A stretch of DNA of 64,000 bases from Candidatus Eiseniibacteriota bacterium (GTDB lineage Bacteria; Eisenbacteria; RBG-16-71-46; CAIMUX01; VGJL01), in assembly GCA_963792585.1 (NCBI GenBank), contig CAWBWI010000003.1:864001-928000 (forward strand), read 5' to 3'. The notes beneath the pieces are model-generated. The model searched no databases, had not been told where the DNA came from, and saw only the letters and a list, made by a program, of their open reading frames with translations. Positions 9,732-18,989 of this stretch are shown piece after piece. The position numbers were made by a program, and so were the translations under genes. The first letter of the stretch is position 1. The number at the start of each line of letters is the position of its first letter.

Positions 9732-11090
9732 CTAGACCATCTGCAGCAGGTACTGGATCATCTCGTCGGCGACCTTGAGGATGCGCGCCGCCGCGCCGTA
9801 GGCTTCCTGCTGGCTGATCAGCGTCACCATTTCCTCGTCGACGGAGACCCCACTCACGCTCATCCTCGCGTTGTCGGCGTTGTCCGCCATCGCCTGGTGC
9901 ATCTCTCTGCTGATCGATGACTCGCTGACGCCCGAGCCGACGGAGACGGCGAACTCATCGTAGAAACCGCGCAACGTCTTGCCGTTGAGCGAGGTGACGC
10001 CCTCGTGGGCGAGGGCGGCGAGCCTCAAAGCGACGGCATTGTCGCCCGAACCGATGGTCCCGCCGGCTGCGATCGCATCCCCTGAGTCGGAGATGTCGGT
10101 CGCGAGCGAGATCGTCCGGGCGGTCACTCCCGCCGGGTCGAAGAAGTCCACGTTCGTCCGCTTGTTCAGCGTGTAGCCCGTTCGGTGGATCGCGTTGACC
10201 TCGGTGACGACCGCTTCTGCGAAGGAATCGAGCTGCTTGCGATACTCAGGCAGGATGACGGTCGTGAGGTTGGACAGAGACTTCAGGCTGCCGGCTTGAA
10301 GATCGATGCTCGGGCCGCCGGAGGCGTTGGCCACGCTCGATCCTCCCTCCGCCGCCGTGACCACTGCCAGGTGCCGCGCCGTCGCGCCCTCGACCACGGT
10401 CGCCTCGCCGGCCCGGACGGAGACGGTCCCATCCTCGTTCGACGAGACGGTGACGGATGCATAGCCCGAGAGCCTGTCGAGCAGAACATCCCGTTCGTCC
10501 TCGAGTCCCGTGATGTCCTGACGCGCGGCGGCCGCCGTCATGATCTCGCGATTGAGCGCGGCGATCCGGTCGGCGAGGTCGTTGACGTCCGCCACGCCCG
10601 CGGTGAGCCGATCGGTCGCGTCCTGGACCGACTGGGTCAGCTCCGCGTCGAGCTGATGAAGTTGCCCGACGAATCGCCCCGCCGCGGTGCGGACCAGCTC
10701 GCGGTTCGGGGAGCTGGTCGGCTCCGTCGCCAGGTCTCCGAATGCTCCGAAGAGGCCGTTCAAGGCGCCCGAGATCCCGCTGTCCGAGGGTTCCTGAAGC
10801 GCGGCCTCGATATTGCCGAGCAGGCTCGAGAGAGTCTCCGAGCCGCCGAGAAGTCCGTTGTCGCGTCGATAGGCGGCATCCAGGAAGGTGTCGCGCACGC
10901 GGATGATACCGGCATCGGTGACGCCGGTTCCCAACCCCGATCCTCCGATGTGGGAGGAGATGACCTCGAGACGTCGCCGGCTGTAGCCCGGCGTCTGGGC
11001 ATTCGCTACGTTCTGCGCGGTCACGCTCATCCCTCTCTGATAGAGCATGAGGGCGGAGCGGGCCGTGTTGAAGAGGCTCGAAAGAGACAT
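9732..11090 (-). CDS. flgK: hook-associated protein FlgK
   Basis: TAQNVANAQTPGYSRRR, LGTGV, LEDERDVLLDRLS, SGVSVDEEM..L...Q.AY.AAAR. Confidence 0.93.
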   Translation of the reverse strand: MSLSSLFNTARSALMLYQRGMSVTAQNVANAQTPGYSRRRLEVISSHIGGSGLGTGVTDAGIIRVRDTFLDAAYRRDNGLLGGSETLSSLLGNIEAALQEPSDSGISGALNGLFGAFGDLATEPTSSPNRELVRTAAGRFVGQLHQLDAELTQSVQDATDRLTAGVADVNDLADRIAALNREIMTAAAARQDITGLEDERDVLLDRLSGYASVTVSSNEDGTVSVRAGEATVVEGATARHLAVVTAAEGGSSVANASGGPSIDLQAGSLKSLSNLTTVILPEYRKQLDSFAEAVVTEVNAIHRTGYTLNKRTNVDFFDPAGVTARTISLATDISDSGDAIAAGGTIGSGDNAVALRLAALAHEGVTSLNGKTLRGFYDEFAVSVGSGVSESSISREMHQAMADNADNARMSVSGVSVDEEMVTLISQQEAYGAAARILKVADEMIQYLLQMV

Positions 11091-11091
11091 G

Positions 11092-11589
11092 TCAAACCAC
11101 CCTGTTGAGGATGACACTCGCGCGCGGGACGGTTTCCTCGGTCCGCTGGCTCGACCCATAGGCGGGGGCCGGAGCGGATGCGGAGCTGAAAAGGGCCTGG
11201 AGGTATCCGTCACCGACTTCGACGGCGCGCTTGAGGACGGCGCGGTTGATCGTCACCTGAACCGCCGCGCTTTCCACCGCGCGATGCAACTCAGCGCGGG
11301 CGTCCGCGAGACGCCGGGGCAGGGCGGCGCCATATGCGGCCTCGAGTCGGGCGAGGGAGGATGCCTCCCCGCCGGCCATCACCCGCATCCGGAGATCGCG
11401 CGCCCTGGCCAGCGTCTGGAGGATCGTCCCGACGGCGTCGGTCTGGACGTCGACTTCCTTAGGATCATCCGCAGCGACCGCGGCCCGCTGTCGAGCCAGC
11501 GCGTCTACGAGATCCCGGACGAGCCGGCACTCCTTCTCCAACACCTCCGCGAGTTCGGTCGTGGGGTCGCTATCCAGTTCCCTGTCCAT
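11092..11589 (-). CDS. flgN: flagellar export chaperone FlgN-like
   Basis: Helical protein (LAEVLEKE...Q..A...D; INRAVL) between flgJ and flgK. GAGGAG RBS; alternative start at 11625. Confidence 0.65.
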   Translation of the reverse strand: MDRELDSDPTTELAEVLEKECRLVRDLVDALARQRAAVAADDPKEVDVQTDAVGTILQTLARARDLRMRVMAGGEASSLARLEAAYGAALPRRLADARAELHRAVESAAVQVTINRAVLKRAVEVGDGYLQALFSSASAPAPAYGSSQRTEETVPRASVILNRVV

Positions 11590-11635
11590 GGGGCGGTCTC
11601 CTCGCTTGTTTGCGACCGGATCCATCGTTTCGTCC

Positions 11636-11938
11636 TTACCGCGACGCCGTTTCGTCGCCATCGAGACGCCGGGCAAGCTGGCGGTAGAGCGCGTCGCCGA
11701 GTCCCCCCTGCGACCGTCGCGCCGCCTCACTCGCGAGGCGCTCGTCCAACATCGACGTGAATGTCTCCTCGGCCAACGAGGACTCGAGCAACCCGCCCTG
11801 CGGGACGCTTTTCCTCATGGCATCGAGCATCTGCTTGAGAAACAGCCCCTCGAACTCCTGCGAAAGCGCGCGCAACTTCGCCTGGTCGCCTGCCAGCGGC
11901 GTGGTCGGGTCCGGGGGAATCGCGCCGATCCCGGTCAC
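11636..11938 (-). CDS. flgJ: short FlgJ (rod-binding domain only)
   Basis: KLRALSQEFEGLFLKQMLDAMRKSV...GLGDALYRQL. 100 aa, no muramidase domain. Confidence 0.88.
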   Translation of the reverse strand: MTGIGAIPPDPTTPLAGDQAKLRALSQEFEGLFLKQMLDAMRKSVPQGGLLESSLAEETFTSMLDERLASEAARRSQGGLGDALYRQLARRLDGDETASR

Positions 11939-13002
11939 CGGATCACCACCTGAGCATTCAAGGCGCCGGCGGCCTGGAGCCCTTCGAAGATCGCGACGAC
12001 CTCGTCCGGCTTGGCCCCCGCGGCTTGGAGTCCGGCGGCCACGTCCTGCACGGACGCGCGGGCTTCGACGCGTACGAGCCCTTCCGGCGCGGCCGACCCA
12101 TCCTGGGAGGGCTTGCCGATCTGGAGCGTGATCCCGCGATGGCTGATCACCGCCGGGCCCACGCGCACATCGCCCCCTGCGACGACCGTGCCCTCACGGC
12201 TGCTGATGATGATGCGCGCCGGCCCGTCGAATGCGACGAGGAGCGTGTCGACGGCCGCGAGGAATCCGGCGAGGTCCTCCGCCTTGTCGGCGGGTGGGGA
12301 CAGGCTGACGACGCCGGGATCCTCGGCCCTCGCCACGCCGGGACCGAAGCCGGTGTTGATCGTCTCCGCGATCTTGCTCGCGGTGCGCAGATCCGGGTTG
12401 CGCAAGTGAAGTCGCGCAGCGAGCGGCGCCGCGGCTTCCGGCTCGACCTCGAGCACGCCGCCCTGAGGAATCCGCCCGGAGTTCCCGCCGTAGGCGTAGT
12501 AAGAACGCGCCGACGCGTCGGTCTCGACGTACAGCGGGCCCTGCGCCGTCGCGATCGGCGGCGCGCCGGGGTCGGTCACGAGCGGGGTGATCCAGAGGGT
12601 CCCGCCGCGCAGCGAGGTGGCGTCTCCCAGAGCCGAGACCTGTACCTCGAAACGGCCACCGGCATGCAGATAGGACGAGAGCTCCGCGTTGACGAGGACG
12701 GCGGCGACGTTGCGCAGGCGCAGGTGCTGCACCGGGACCTCGACGCCGAAACGCTGCAGCAGGTTGATCACGGAGCGGACCGTCGGACTTGCCGAGCTCG
12801 CGAGTCCGAAGCTGCGATCGCCCGTGCCGTCCAGACCGACCACGAGGCCGTAGCCCGCCACGCGGCGGGGAATGTCCCCTTGGCGGATCGTCATGTCGCC
12901 GATGCGCGCCTCACTGCCCGGCGCGGCAGGGGAGGTCGCCGGCTGGATCGCGAGCAGCGTCCATGCGCAGCAGAGCCGCGCGATCATGCGCCGCGCCATC
13001 AT
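11935..13002 (-). CDS. flgI: flagellar P-ring protein
   Basis: GYGLVVGLDGTGD, NVAAVLV, VSALGDATSLRGGTL, GTVVAG, LQAAGAL. ATGA overlap with flgH. Confidence 0.95.
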   Translation of the reverse strand: MMARRMIARLCCAWTLLAIQPATSPAAPGSEARIGDMTIRQGDIPRRVAGYGLVVGLDGTGDRSFGLASSASPTVRSVINLLQRFGVEVPVQHLRLRNVAAVLVNAELSSYLHAGGRFEVQVSALGDATSLRGGTLWITPLVTDPGAPPIATAQGPLYVETDASARSYYAYGGNSGRIPQGGVLEVEPEAAAPLAARLHLRNPDLRTASKIAETINTGFGPGVARAEDPGVVSLSPPADKAEDLAGFLAAVDTLLVAFDGPARIIISSREGTVVAGGDVRVGPAVISHRGITLQIGKPSQDGSAAPEGLVRVEARASVQDVAAGLQAAGAKPDEVVAIFEGLQAAGALNAQVVIR

Positions 13003-13658
13003 GGCCAGATGATCCCGAGGATCTTGCCGAGGATCCCGCGCTTCGGGCTGACGTTCTTGCCCTTGTAGGTGATCGTTGCGTCTGCGATCCGACTCGAGTG
13101 GATGACGTTCGACGGCGCGACGTCTTCGAGACGAATCGATCCGCTCAATGACATCTGCTGCTGGCGGCCGTCGATCGACACCTTCTTGTTGCCCTCGATG
13201 CGGGCGACCCCGTTCTCGGCGACCGATACGATCTGGGCGGTCAGCACCCCGGTCAGGTCTCCTTGACGGTTCGCCTCGCCCTGATCCCGCTGGTTCGACT
13301 GCATCCCCGTCCGGAGGCCCGTCGCGCCGACGACCGATTCGCCGTCGGCATCGAGGTTGAAGTTGGCGGTCTGGCCACGGTCGGCCGAAGCGATCCAGGA
13401 TGTTCTCTCCCGCGCGCTGGTCTGCTCGTCGAGGATCACGGTGATGATGTCGCCGGCCCGCAGGAGCGGCCGGTTCGAGAGCCAGGCCGCCCGGGCGGAC
13501 GACATCGCCGCCGGCGGCCTGGGAATCGGCCTCGCTCCGGCGGAGTCGGGCGCGGCGGCGGGCGCCGCCGGCGTCGTCTCGGGCGCTTGCGCCCGGGCCG
13601 CGCCGCCGGTGACGGACATGGCGACGATCGCGACGATCGCGCCGCTCGGAATCCTCAT
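12999..13658 (-). CDS. flgH: flagellar L-ring protein
   Basis: GDIITVILDE, IEGNKKV.I, SGSIRLEDV..SN.I.SSRIADA.I.YKG, terminal IWP. Confidence 0.9.
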   Translation of the reverse strand: MRIPSGAIVAIVAMSVTGGAARAQAPETTPAAPAAAPDSAGARPIPRPPAAMSSARAAWLSNRPLLRAGDIITVILDEQTSARERTSWIASADRGQTANFNLDADGESVVGATGLRTGMQSNQRDQGEANRQGDLTGVLTAQIVSVAENGVARIEGNKKVSIDGRQQQMSLSGSIRLEDVAPSNVIHSSRIADATITYKGKNVSPKRGILGKILGIIWP

Positions 13659-14344
13659 CGAGCACCTCCTACGCAGAGGACTGCGGTTCCGGGCGAGGTC
13701 ACCTGCCCGGTCATGGGGTCACGCCGTCCCGCGACGCGCACGCGAACCATCTCGCCGATGCGGGCCGCATGGAGCGCGGCGCCTTCCACCGAAATGCGCA
13801 CGAGGCCCCGGGTCCACTCCAGGCGAACGGACTGGCCGGCGGTGATGACCGAAGGAGCGATCGCGGCGGGCCAGGCGACCACGTCACCCGCGCCCAATGG
13901 CCGTCGGATCTCCCAGCCGGGCGCGGCCGTCTCCGCGGTCCGCGACGGAGGCGGTCCCCAGCGCAGGCGCACCTCCTTGCGGAGATCCCCTTCGCGGAGC
14001 CGGCTGCCCAAGCTCAACGGCCTCGCGGCGACGAAGACCGTGTCGTTCACTCCCGCGCGCACGCGCAGCGCGGTCGCCCCCGCGCCGGTCGGATCGACGG
14101 CGACGGCGAACCAGCCCTCCGAGCCGCGTCCGACGACGCGGATGTCGGCGGCCGGCGACGCGGAGGCGCCGGCCGGGTCGCTCCATTGCAGGTGGATCGA
14201 CTCGGGCGGCACGCTCCACTCCTGCGCGATCCGCGCGGCGACCCTTGATGCGAAGAGCGGGTCGACCCCCACGGAATCGGACGCCGTAGTCGCCGATGCC
14301 TGGAACAGTCCGAGCAGGAGCCCGGCGCTAACGGACCAGGTCAT
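13655..14344 (-). CDS. flgA: P-ring assembly chaperone FlgA
   Basis: SAF-like region VAARPLSLG...; G.AL.AARIGEMVRV. Located between flgG and flgH. Confidence 0.8.
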   Translation of the reverse strand: MTWSVSAGLLLGLFQASATTASDSVGVDPLFASRVAARIAQEWSVPPESIHLQWSDPAGASASPAADIRVVGRGSEGWFAVAVDPTGAGATALRVRAGVNDTVFVAARPLSLGSRLREGDLRKEVRLRWGPPPSRTAETAAPGWEIRRPLGAGDVVAWPAAIAPSVITAGQSVRLEWTRGLVRISVEGAALHAARIGEMVRVRVAGRRDPMTGQVTSPGTAVLCVGGAR

Positions 14345-15120
14345 TGGTCATCTGCATGATCTCGTCGCCTGCCTGGACGGCGCGCGCATTGATCTCGTAG
14401 GCGCGTTGGGCGGCGATCATGTCGGTCATCTCCTGGACGATCTCGACGTTGCTCGATTCGAGGGCGCCCTGGGAGATCCTGCCGAACCCGTCCTCCTGGG
14501 GGAATCCCGATGTAGGGCTCGCCCGACGCGGTCGTCTCCGAGAACTGGTTCTCGCCGATCGCGGCAAGCGCCGAGGGGTTGAGGAAGCGGGCCAGCTCGA
14601 TGCGGCCGACCTCGATCGGCTTCGAATTCGTGCCCGTGGTCACGCTGACGATGCCGTTGGCTGAGACCGTGATGCCGGTCGCGTCCGCTGGCACGATCAC
14701 TGCCGGGCTGAACGAGATATCCGTCTCCGGTGACGAGCGCGCCGCTGCTCGGAAAGGGTGAGACTACCGTCCCGCGTGTAGGCGATCGAGCCGTCCGGTC
14801 GTTGAACCTGGAAGAAGCCGTCCCCTTCGATGGCGAGTCGAGCGGCCGATCGGTCGTCTCGGGGTCCCCTGTCCGTTGATCCGGACGCACGGCGGCCACC
14901 CGCACGCCCTTGCCGATCTGGATGGGAGCCGACCGTCTCGGTCGCCTGGTAGTTGACGATGCTTCTCGCCCTGCAGCGTCTCGTAGAGCACGTCCTCGAA
15001 GTTGACGCGGCTGCGCTTGAAGCCGGTCGTGTTCACGTTGGCGAGGTTGTTCGCGATGACGTCGACCATGCGCTGCTGGGCGACCATTCCGCTTGCCGAA
15101 GTGTTGAGGCTCGAGTTCAT
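14328..15120 (-). CDS. flgG: distal rod protein FlgG (several frameshifts in this sequence)
   Basis: [39 protein letters not shown], [40 protein letters not shown] in successive frames. Confidence 0.9.
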
Positions 15121-15190
15121 CTGTTTCCTTTCCGAGCGACGGCGGGGGAGAACGACCTCCGCCCCGTCTCCGGTGGCGGGATGCCGCCGA

Positions 15191-15880
15191 TCAGACCCTT
15201 CCCACGTCGTTCGCGACGCCGAGGACGCTGTCGATCGTCTTCAGCGCGTCGATGTTCGCCGCGTATGCCCGCTGGATCGTGATCAGATCGACGAGGGTCA
15301 TGATCGGATCCATGTTCGCCTCCTCGATCGATCCCTGCCGAACCGTGGTCGTGCCATCGTCGACCGGCCGCAGGGGCGTGGTCGCGATGTAGCGGCCGGC
15401 CCCTTCCTTGCGCAGCATTGCGGGATCCTGCACCGTGTCGATCCGCAACTGCCCGGCCGCGCTTCCGTCCACGAAGACCGATCCGTCCCCTTGGATCTCG
15501 ACCTTGGACCCGTTGAGGACGACGACCCCCTCCCGACCGAGGACCGGGTTTCCGTTCGCGTCGGTCAGCAGGCCGTCGGCGCGGATCGCGAGGGCGCCGC
15601 CGCGCGTGAGGCGCTCACCCTGCGGGGTGCGCACGACGATGAACCCGTCGCCGCTGAGCGCGAGATCGAGGGGACGCCCCGTCTCCCGGAGGACCCCTTG
15701 CTGGAGATCGATCGTCTCGATCGGCGCCGGCCCTTCCACGTTCGGCCGGTTCTCCGCGGCGACGCGCACGGCCTTGAAGGCGTCGGTGTTTGCATTGGCG
15801 AGGTTGTTCGACGTCACCTCATAGAGACGCTGGTAGTAGGAAAGCGACTGGGCGCTGTTGGCGATGCCGTTCAAGGACAT
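15191..15880 (-). CDS. flgF: proximal rod protein FlgF
   Basis: [41 protein letters not shown]...QRAY. Confidence 0.9.
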   Translation of the reverse strand: MSLNGIANSAQSLSYYQRLYEVTSNNLANANTDAFKAVRVAAENRPNVEGPAPIETIDLQQGVLRETGRPLDLALSGDGFIVVRTPQGERLTRGGALAIRADGLLTDANGNPVLGREGVVVLNGSKVEIQGDGSVFVDGSAAGQLRIDTVQDPAMLRKEGAGRYIATTPLRPVDDGTTTVRQGSIEEANMDPIMTLVDLITIQRAYAANIDALKTIDSVLGVANDVGRV

Positions 15881-15926
15881 GCTTCCTCCAAGGGGCGGAG
15901 ATTCCGGGATGCCCCCAACAGGACAT

Positions 15927-15942
15927 AGCAAGCGCCGTACCT
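15927..15942 (-). promoter_or_regulatory. sigma54 -24/-12 promoter of the flgF operon
   Basis: Minus strand AGGTAC-GGCGC-TTGCT (GG-N10-GC). Confidence 0.7.
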
Positions 15943-15967
15943 GCAGGACGCGAATCGGCGCGATGCG

Positions 15968-16519
15968 CTAACTTCTTTGTTCATAATGCCTTCCGGATTG
16001 GGGCCGGAGGCGCGATTGGAGTTCCGAGGCAAAAGAGGGCGGCGCCGACCGGAAGGACTTGCCGCTCTCCGGGGCGCGTCTCGCAGGCGCCATCTCGGCG
16101 CGCATCATCGTGCGCACCGCGTCCTGGGACATCCGTCGCCGTCGCGCGATCCCGCTGATCGACGGCCCTTGCCGGATCGGAGAGATGCTCCGCGGACGGC
16201 GCGCCCACGAAAACCGAACGAGGCGTGATCCGCGCAATCCCGCGATCGTGAGCGCGATCAGTCCACCGAGGATCCCGATCCACGGAAGCACGTCCTTCGA
16301 GCCGATCGCTCGAACGACTCCCGAGTGGCCGACAACCGAATGGGCGATCCCGGAGCTGACGAATTCAGAGCCCGCGGACCCCGACCGCGCAATCGCGGAG
16401 CCCGCCGAGCGGGCGCCTCTCGCGATCGCGGCGCGATTCTCTCCATTCGCGAGCAAGCCCGCGGCGGAGAGAATCAACGCGGTGACCATCACGGCGAACC
16501 AGACCGAGCGGCTCATCAT
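15968..16519 (-). CDS. hypothetical membrane protein downstream of fliA
   Basis: ATGA overlap with the fliA stop, GGAGG RBS, two hydrophobic segments. Confidence 0.6.
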   Translation of the reverse strand: MMSRSVWFAVMVTALILSAAGLLANGENRAAIARGARSAGSAIARSGSAGSEFVSSGIAHSVVGHSGVVRAIGSKDVLPWIGILGGLIALTIAGLRGSRLVRFSWARRPRSISPIRQGPSISGIARRRRMSQDAVRTMMRAEMAPARRAPESGKSFRSAPPSFASELQSRLRPQSGRHYEQRS

Positions 16520-17280
16520 GCCACCTCCCTCGCGGAGTTGATCCGCGCGCGGAGACGTTTCAAGGTGCGATTGTGGATCTGGCAGACCCGCGATTCCGTG
16601 ATGCGCAACATGCCCCCGATCTGCTTGAGCGTCAGGTGCTCGAAGTAGTAGAGGGAGATGATGAGCTGGTCCTTCGCCGGAAGCTCGAGGAAGGCATCGT
16701 GGAGCTGGACGAGGTCCTCGCCCGCTTCGCGATTCCCGCCCGGTTCGGGGGCGGCGGGGTCCGCGATCGTCTCGTGCAGCCGCAGCATCGATCCTTCGTG
16801 CGTCGGGCTCGGATCGTCGAGCGACACCATGACGGGACCCTTCGCGTCCTGGAGCCAGAGTTGGTAAGTATCGAGGTCGATCCCCAGATCCGCGGCGACC
16901 TCGTGATCCTCGGCGCGGCGCTGCAGTCGTCGCTCCAGGTCCGCCCGGCAGCGATCGAGTTCCTTTCGATGCTCCCGTGCCGAACGCGGCGCCCACTCCC
17001 ATCGCCGCAAATCGTCGAGGATCGCTCCCCGAATCCGCGGGACCGCATACGTGCTGAACGCCAGCCCACGCTCCGGCTCGAAGCTCTCGAGCGCCTGAAC
17101 GAGCCCGACGGTCCCGGCGCTCACGAGCTCTTCGAGGTCGAGGCCGTGCGGCACCTGCTTGGCCAGATCGCGGGCCGCCCGATGGACCAGGCCGAGATAC
17201 TGGTCGAGTAGCAGCCGCCGCGTCGCCTCGTCGCGATACCGGCGGTAGTGGACCCAGAGTTCATGGACGAGCTTCGACAT
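16516..17280 (-). CDS. fliA: RNA polymerase sigma factor FliA/WhiG (sigma28)
   Basis: EELVSAGTVGL, FSTYAVPRIRGAILDDLR, LYYFEHLTLKQIG..L.ITESRVCQIH. Confidence 0.95.
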   Translation of the reverse strand: MSKLVHELWVHYRRYRDEATRRLLLDQYLGLVHRAARDLAKQVPHGLDLEELVSAGTVGLVQALESFEPERGLAFSTYAVPRIRGAILDDLRRWEWAPRSAREHRKELDRCRADLERRLQRRAEDHEVAADLGIDLDTYQLWLQDAKGPVMVSLDDPSPTHEGSMLRLHETIADPAAPEPGGNREAGEDLVQLHDAFLELPAKDQLIISLYYFEHLTLKQIGGMLRITESRVCQIHNRTLKRLRARINSAREVA

Positions 17281-17301
17281 CTTGCTGCACCCCTCGATGG
17301 A

Positions 17302-18135
17302 TCAGGCTCGACCTTCCGCCGCGCTCGCCATGGCGAGCGGGGCGGGGAGAGTGAGTAGGGTCTCGGTGATCGTTGTGATCTCGGTGGGCTCCTCCGTGAG
17401 GAGGCCGCCCGGCACGCGAACGGCGCGCCGCAGGCAATCGTGCTCGGCGACCTCGCCCAGGAAGCCGATCTCCCGCCGCAGGAATGTTCGTGCGGCGAGG
17501 CTCAGGACGTCGAATGTGTTGCGGCCGTCGGTCTCGCCCGTCACGCGATTGGACAGGACGTCGATCGGCAGGCCGGGTGCGTGCATGGTCGTCGTCTTGA
17601 TGAGCGCGTATGCGTCGCTCAGGGACGCCGGTTCCGGGACGGCGATCACGACCAGGCGGGTCGCGCGGATGGTGGCGCGGATCGTCGCCTCGATACCGGG
17701 GCCCGCATCGACGACGACCTCGTCGAATCCCTCGTAGAGACCGGTCAGCCGCAGGTGAAGGCGGGCCCGATCCGTCGCGGTCAGCCCGTAGATCGCCTCC
17801 TCGCCCGATGAGACGGGCAGGAGGACCAGACGCTCCGACACCGGCACGAGGAGATCGGCGGCCTTGGCGTCTCCCGCGACGAGGGCGCCGAGGTCTCGGT
17901 GAGGCTTCACCCCGAGCAGGATGTGGAGGTTGCCGAGGTTCTGACATGCGTCGAGGAGCAGGACCCTGCGTCCCGCGCGCGCCAGCCCGCTGGCGAGCAG
18001 AACGGCGATCGTCGACTTCCCGACGCCCCCCTTGCCGCTGCCGATGACGAGCACGCGCGCCGAGCTCGGCTCCGTGGCGGGAAGCCGTCCGGCCTCCGAC
18101 GCGAACTTGCGGAGCCCTTCCGCTTGGTCCGTCAT
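17302..18135 (-). CDS. flhG: MinD-like flagellar number regulator FlhG/FleN
   Basis: MTDQAEGLR N-terminus, SGKGGVGKS, DAGPGI, PEPASLSDAYALIK. Confidence 0.9.
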   Translation of the reverse strand: MTDQAEGLRKFASEAGRLPATEPSSARVLVIGSGKGGVGKSTIAVLLASGLARAGRRVLLLDACQNLGNLHILLGVKPHRDLGALVAGDAKAADLLVPVSERLVLLPVSSGEEAIYGLTATDRARLHLRLTGLYEGFDEVVVDAGPGIEATIRATIRATRLVVIAVPEPASLSDAYALIKTTTMHAPGLPIDVLSNRVTGETDGRNTFDVLSLAARTFLRREIGFLGEVAEHDCLRRAVRVPGGLLTEEPTEITTITETLLTLPAPLAMASAAEGRA

Positions 18136-18989
18136 GCCGCGACCCCGTCGATGGGGGCCGGCTGTTCGGCCGAGCGAGGCGCGACGAGCGCGCGGGCTTC
18201 CAGATCCTCCGGCACTTCCTGGCCGTTGGCGATCCAGCGGATCGGTAGGCGGTACTCGGAAGCGAATCGGAAGGTTGTCTCGTCTTCCGGATACTCGTCC
18301 AGCTTCGTCACGAGCATGTGCGTGAGCCCGTAGTCACGGTGCGCCTCGATCGCGCGGCGGATGCGTTGCGGCTGGAGTCCCGCGGGAAGGGTCAGATGGA
18401 CCTCCGTCGGGCGTATCCATGAGAGCTGTCGTTGGGTCGCCGCCGCATCGGCCTGTCCGCGCGGTCCGCGACCGGGCGTATCGACGAGGATGACCTCGCA
18501 CTTGCGGAGCCTGCCGAGCGCGCGGGGGACCTCGGTCTGCTCGTAGACGATCTCGATCGGCGCGCGGGAGAGTTCCGCGAAGATCTGGATCTGCTCGATC
18601 GCGCCGATCCGGTACGTATCCAGGCAGATGATGCCCACGCTGCGTCCGCCGAAGGCGTCGGGATGGTTCGCGAGCTTCGCGATGGTCGTCGTCTTGCCCG
18701 CGCCCGTCGGGCCCACGAGCGCGATGACGGCCTTGCCGGAGCGGTCCTCCCGCGGAGCGATTCGCGCTGGCGGAGGAGTCGGCGCGTTCTTCGCCGTCGT
18801 CTCGCCCCCCATGCCCGAGTTGCGCCAGAGGGCCGCGGTTGCGGGATCGGCGGCGATCAGCTCGAACGGCGCCGTCCTGCCGCCGTCGGTGCGGCGGACC
18901 GAAATGACGATCGCGTCGTCGCCGATTCGCCGGTGAGCCTCGGCGAGGAGGTGCGGGATGTTCGGGCCGGAGAGGGTCTCAAGCGGCAT
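18132..18989 (-). CDS. flhF: SRP-family GTPase FlhF (short form)
   Basis: GPTGAGKTTTIAKLA, DTYRIGAIEQ, DTPGR, TKLDE, GQEVPEDL. Confidence 0.92.
   Translation of the reverse strand: MPLETLSGPNIPHLLAEAHRRIGDDAIVISVRRTDGGRTAPFELIAADPATAALWRNSGMGGETTAKNAPTPPPARIAPREDRSGKAVIALVGPTGAGKTTTIAKLANHPDAFGGRSVGIICLDTYRIGAIEQIQIFAELSRAPIEIVYEQTEVPRALGRLRKCEVILVDTPGRGPRGQADAAATQRQLSWIRPTEVHLTLPAGLQPQRIRRAIEAHRDYGLTHMLVTKLDEYPEDETTFRFASEYRLPIRWIANGQEVPEDLEARALVAPRSAEQPAPIDGVAA

Noticed and set aside
14328..15120. Programmed frameshifting or phase variation in flgG and export genes
   Set aside because: There are too many shifts per gene and no consistent slippery or simple-repeat tracts.
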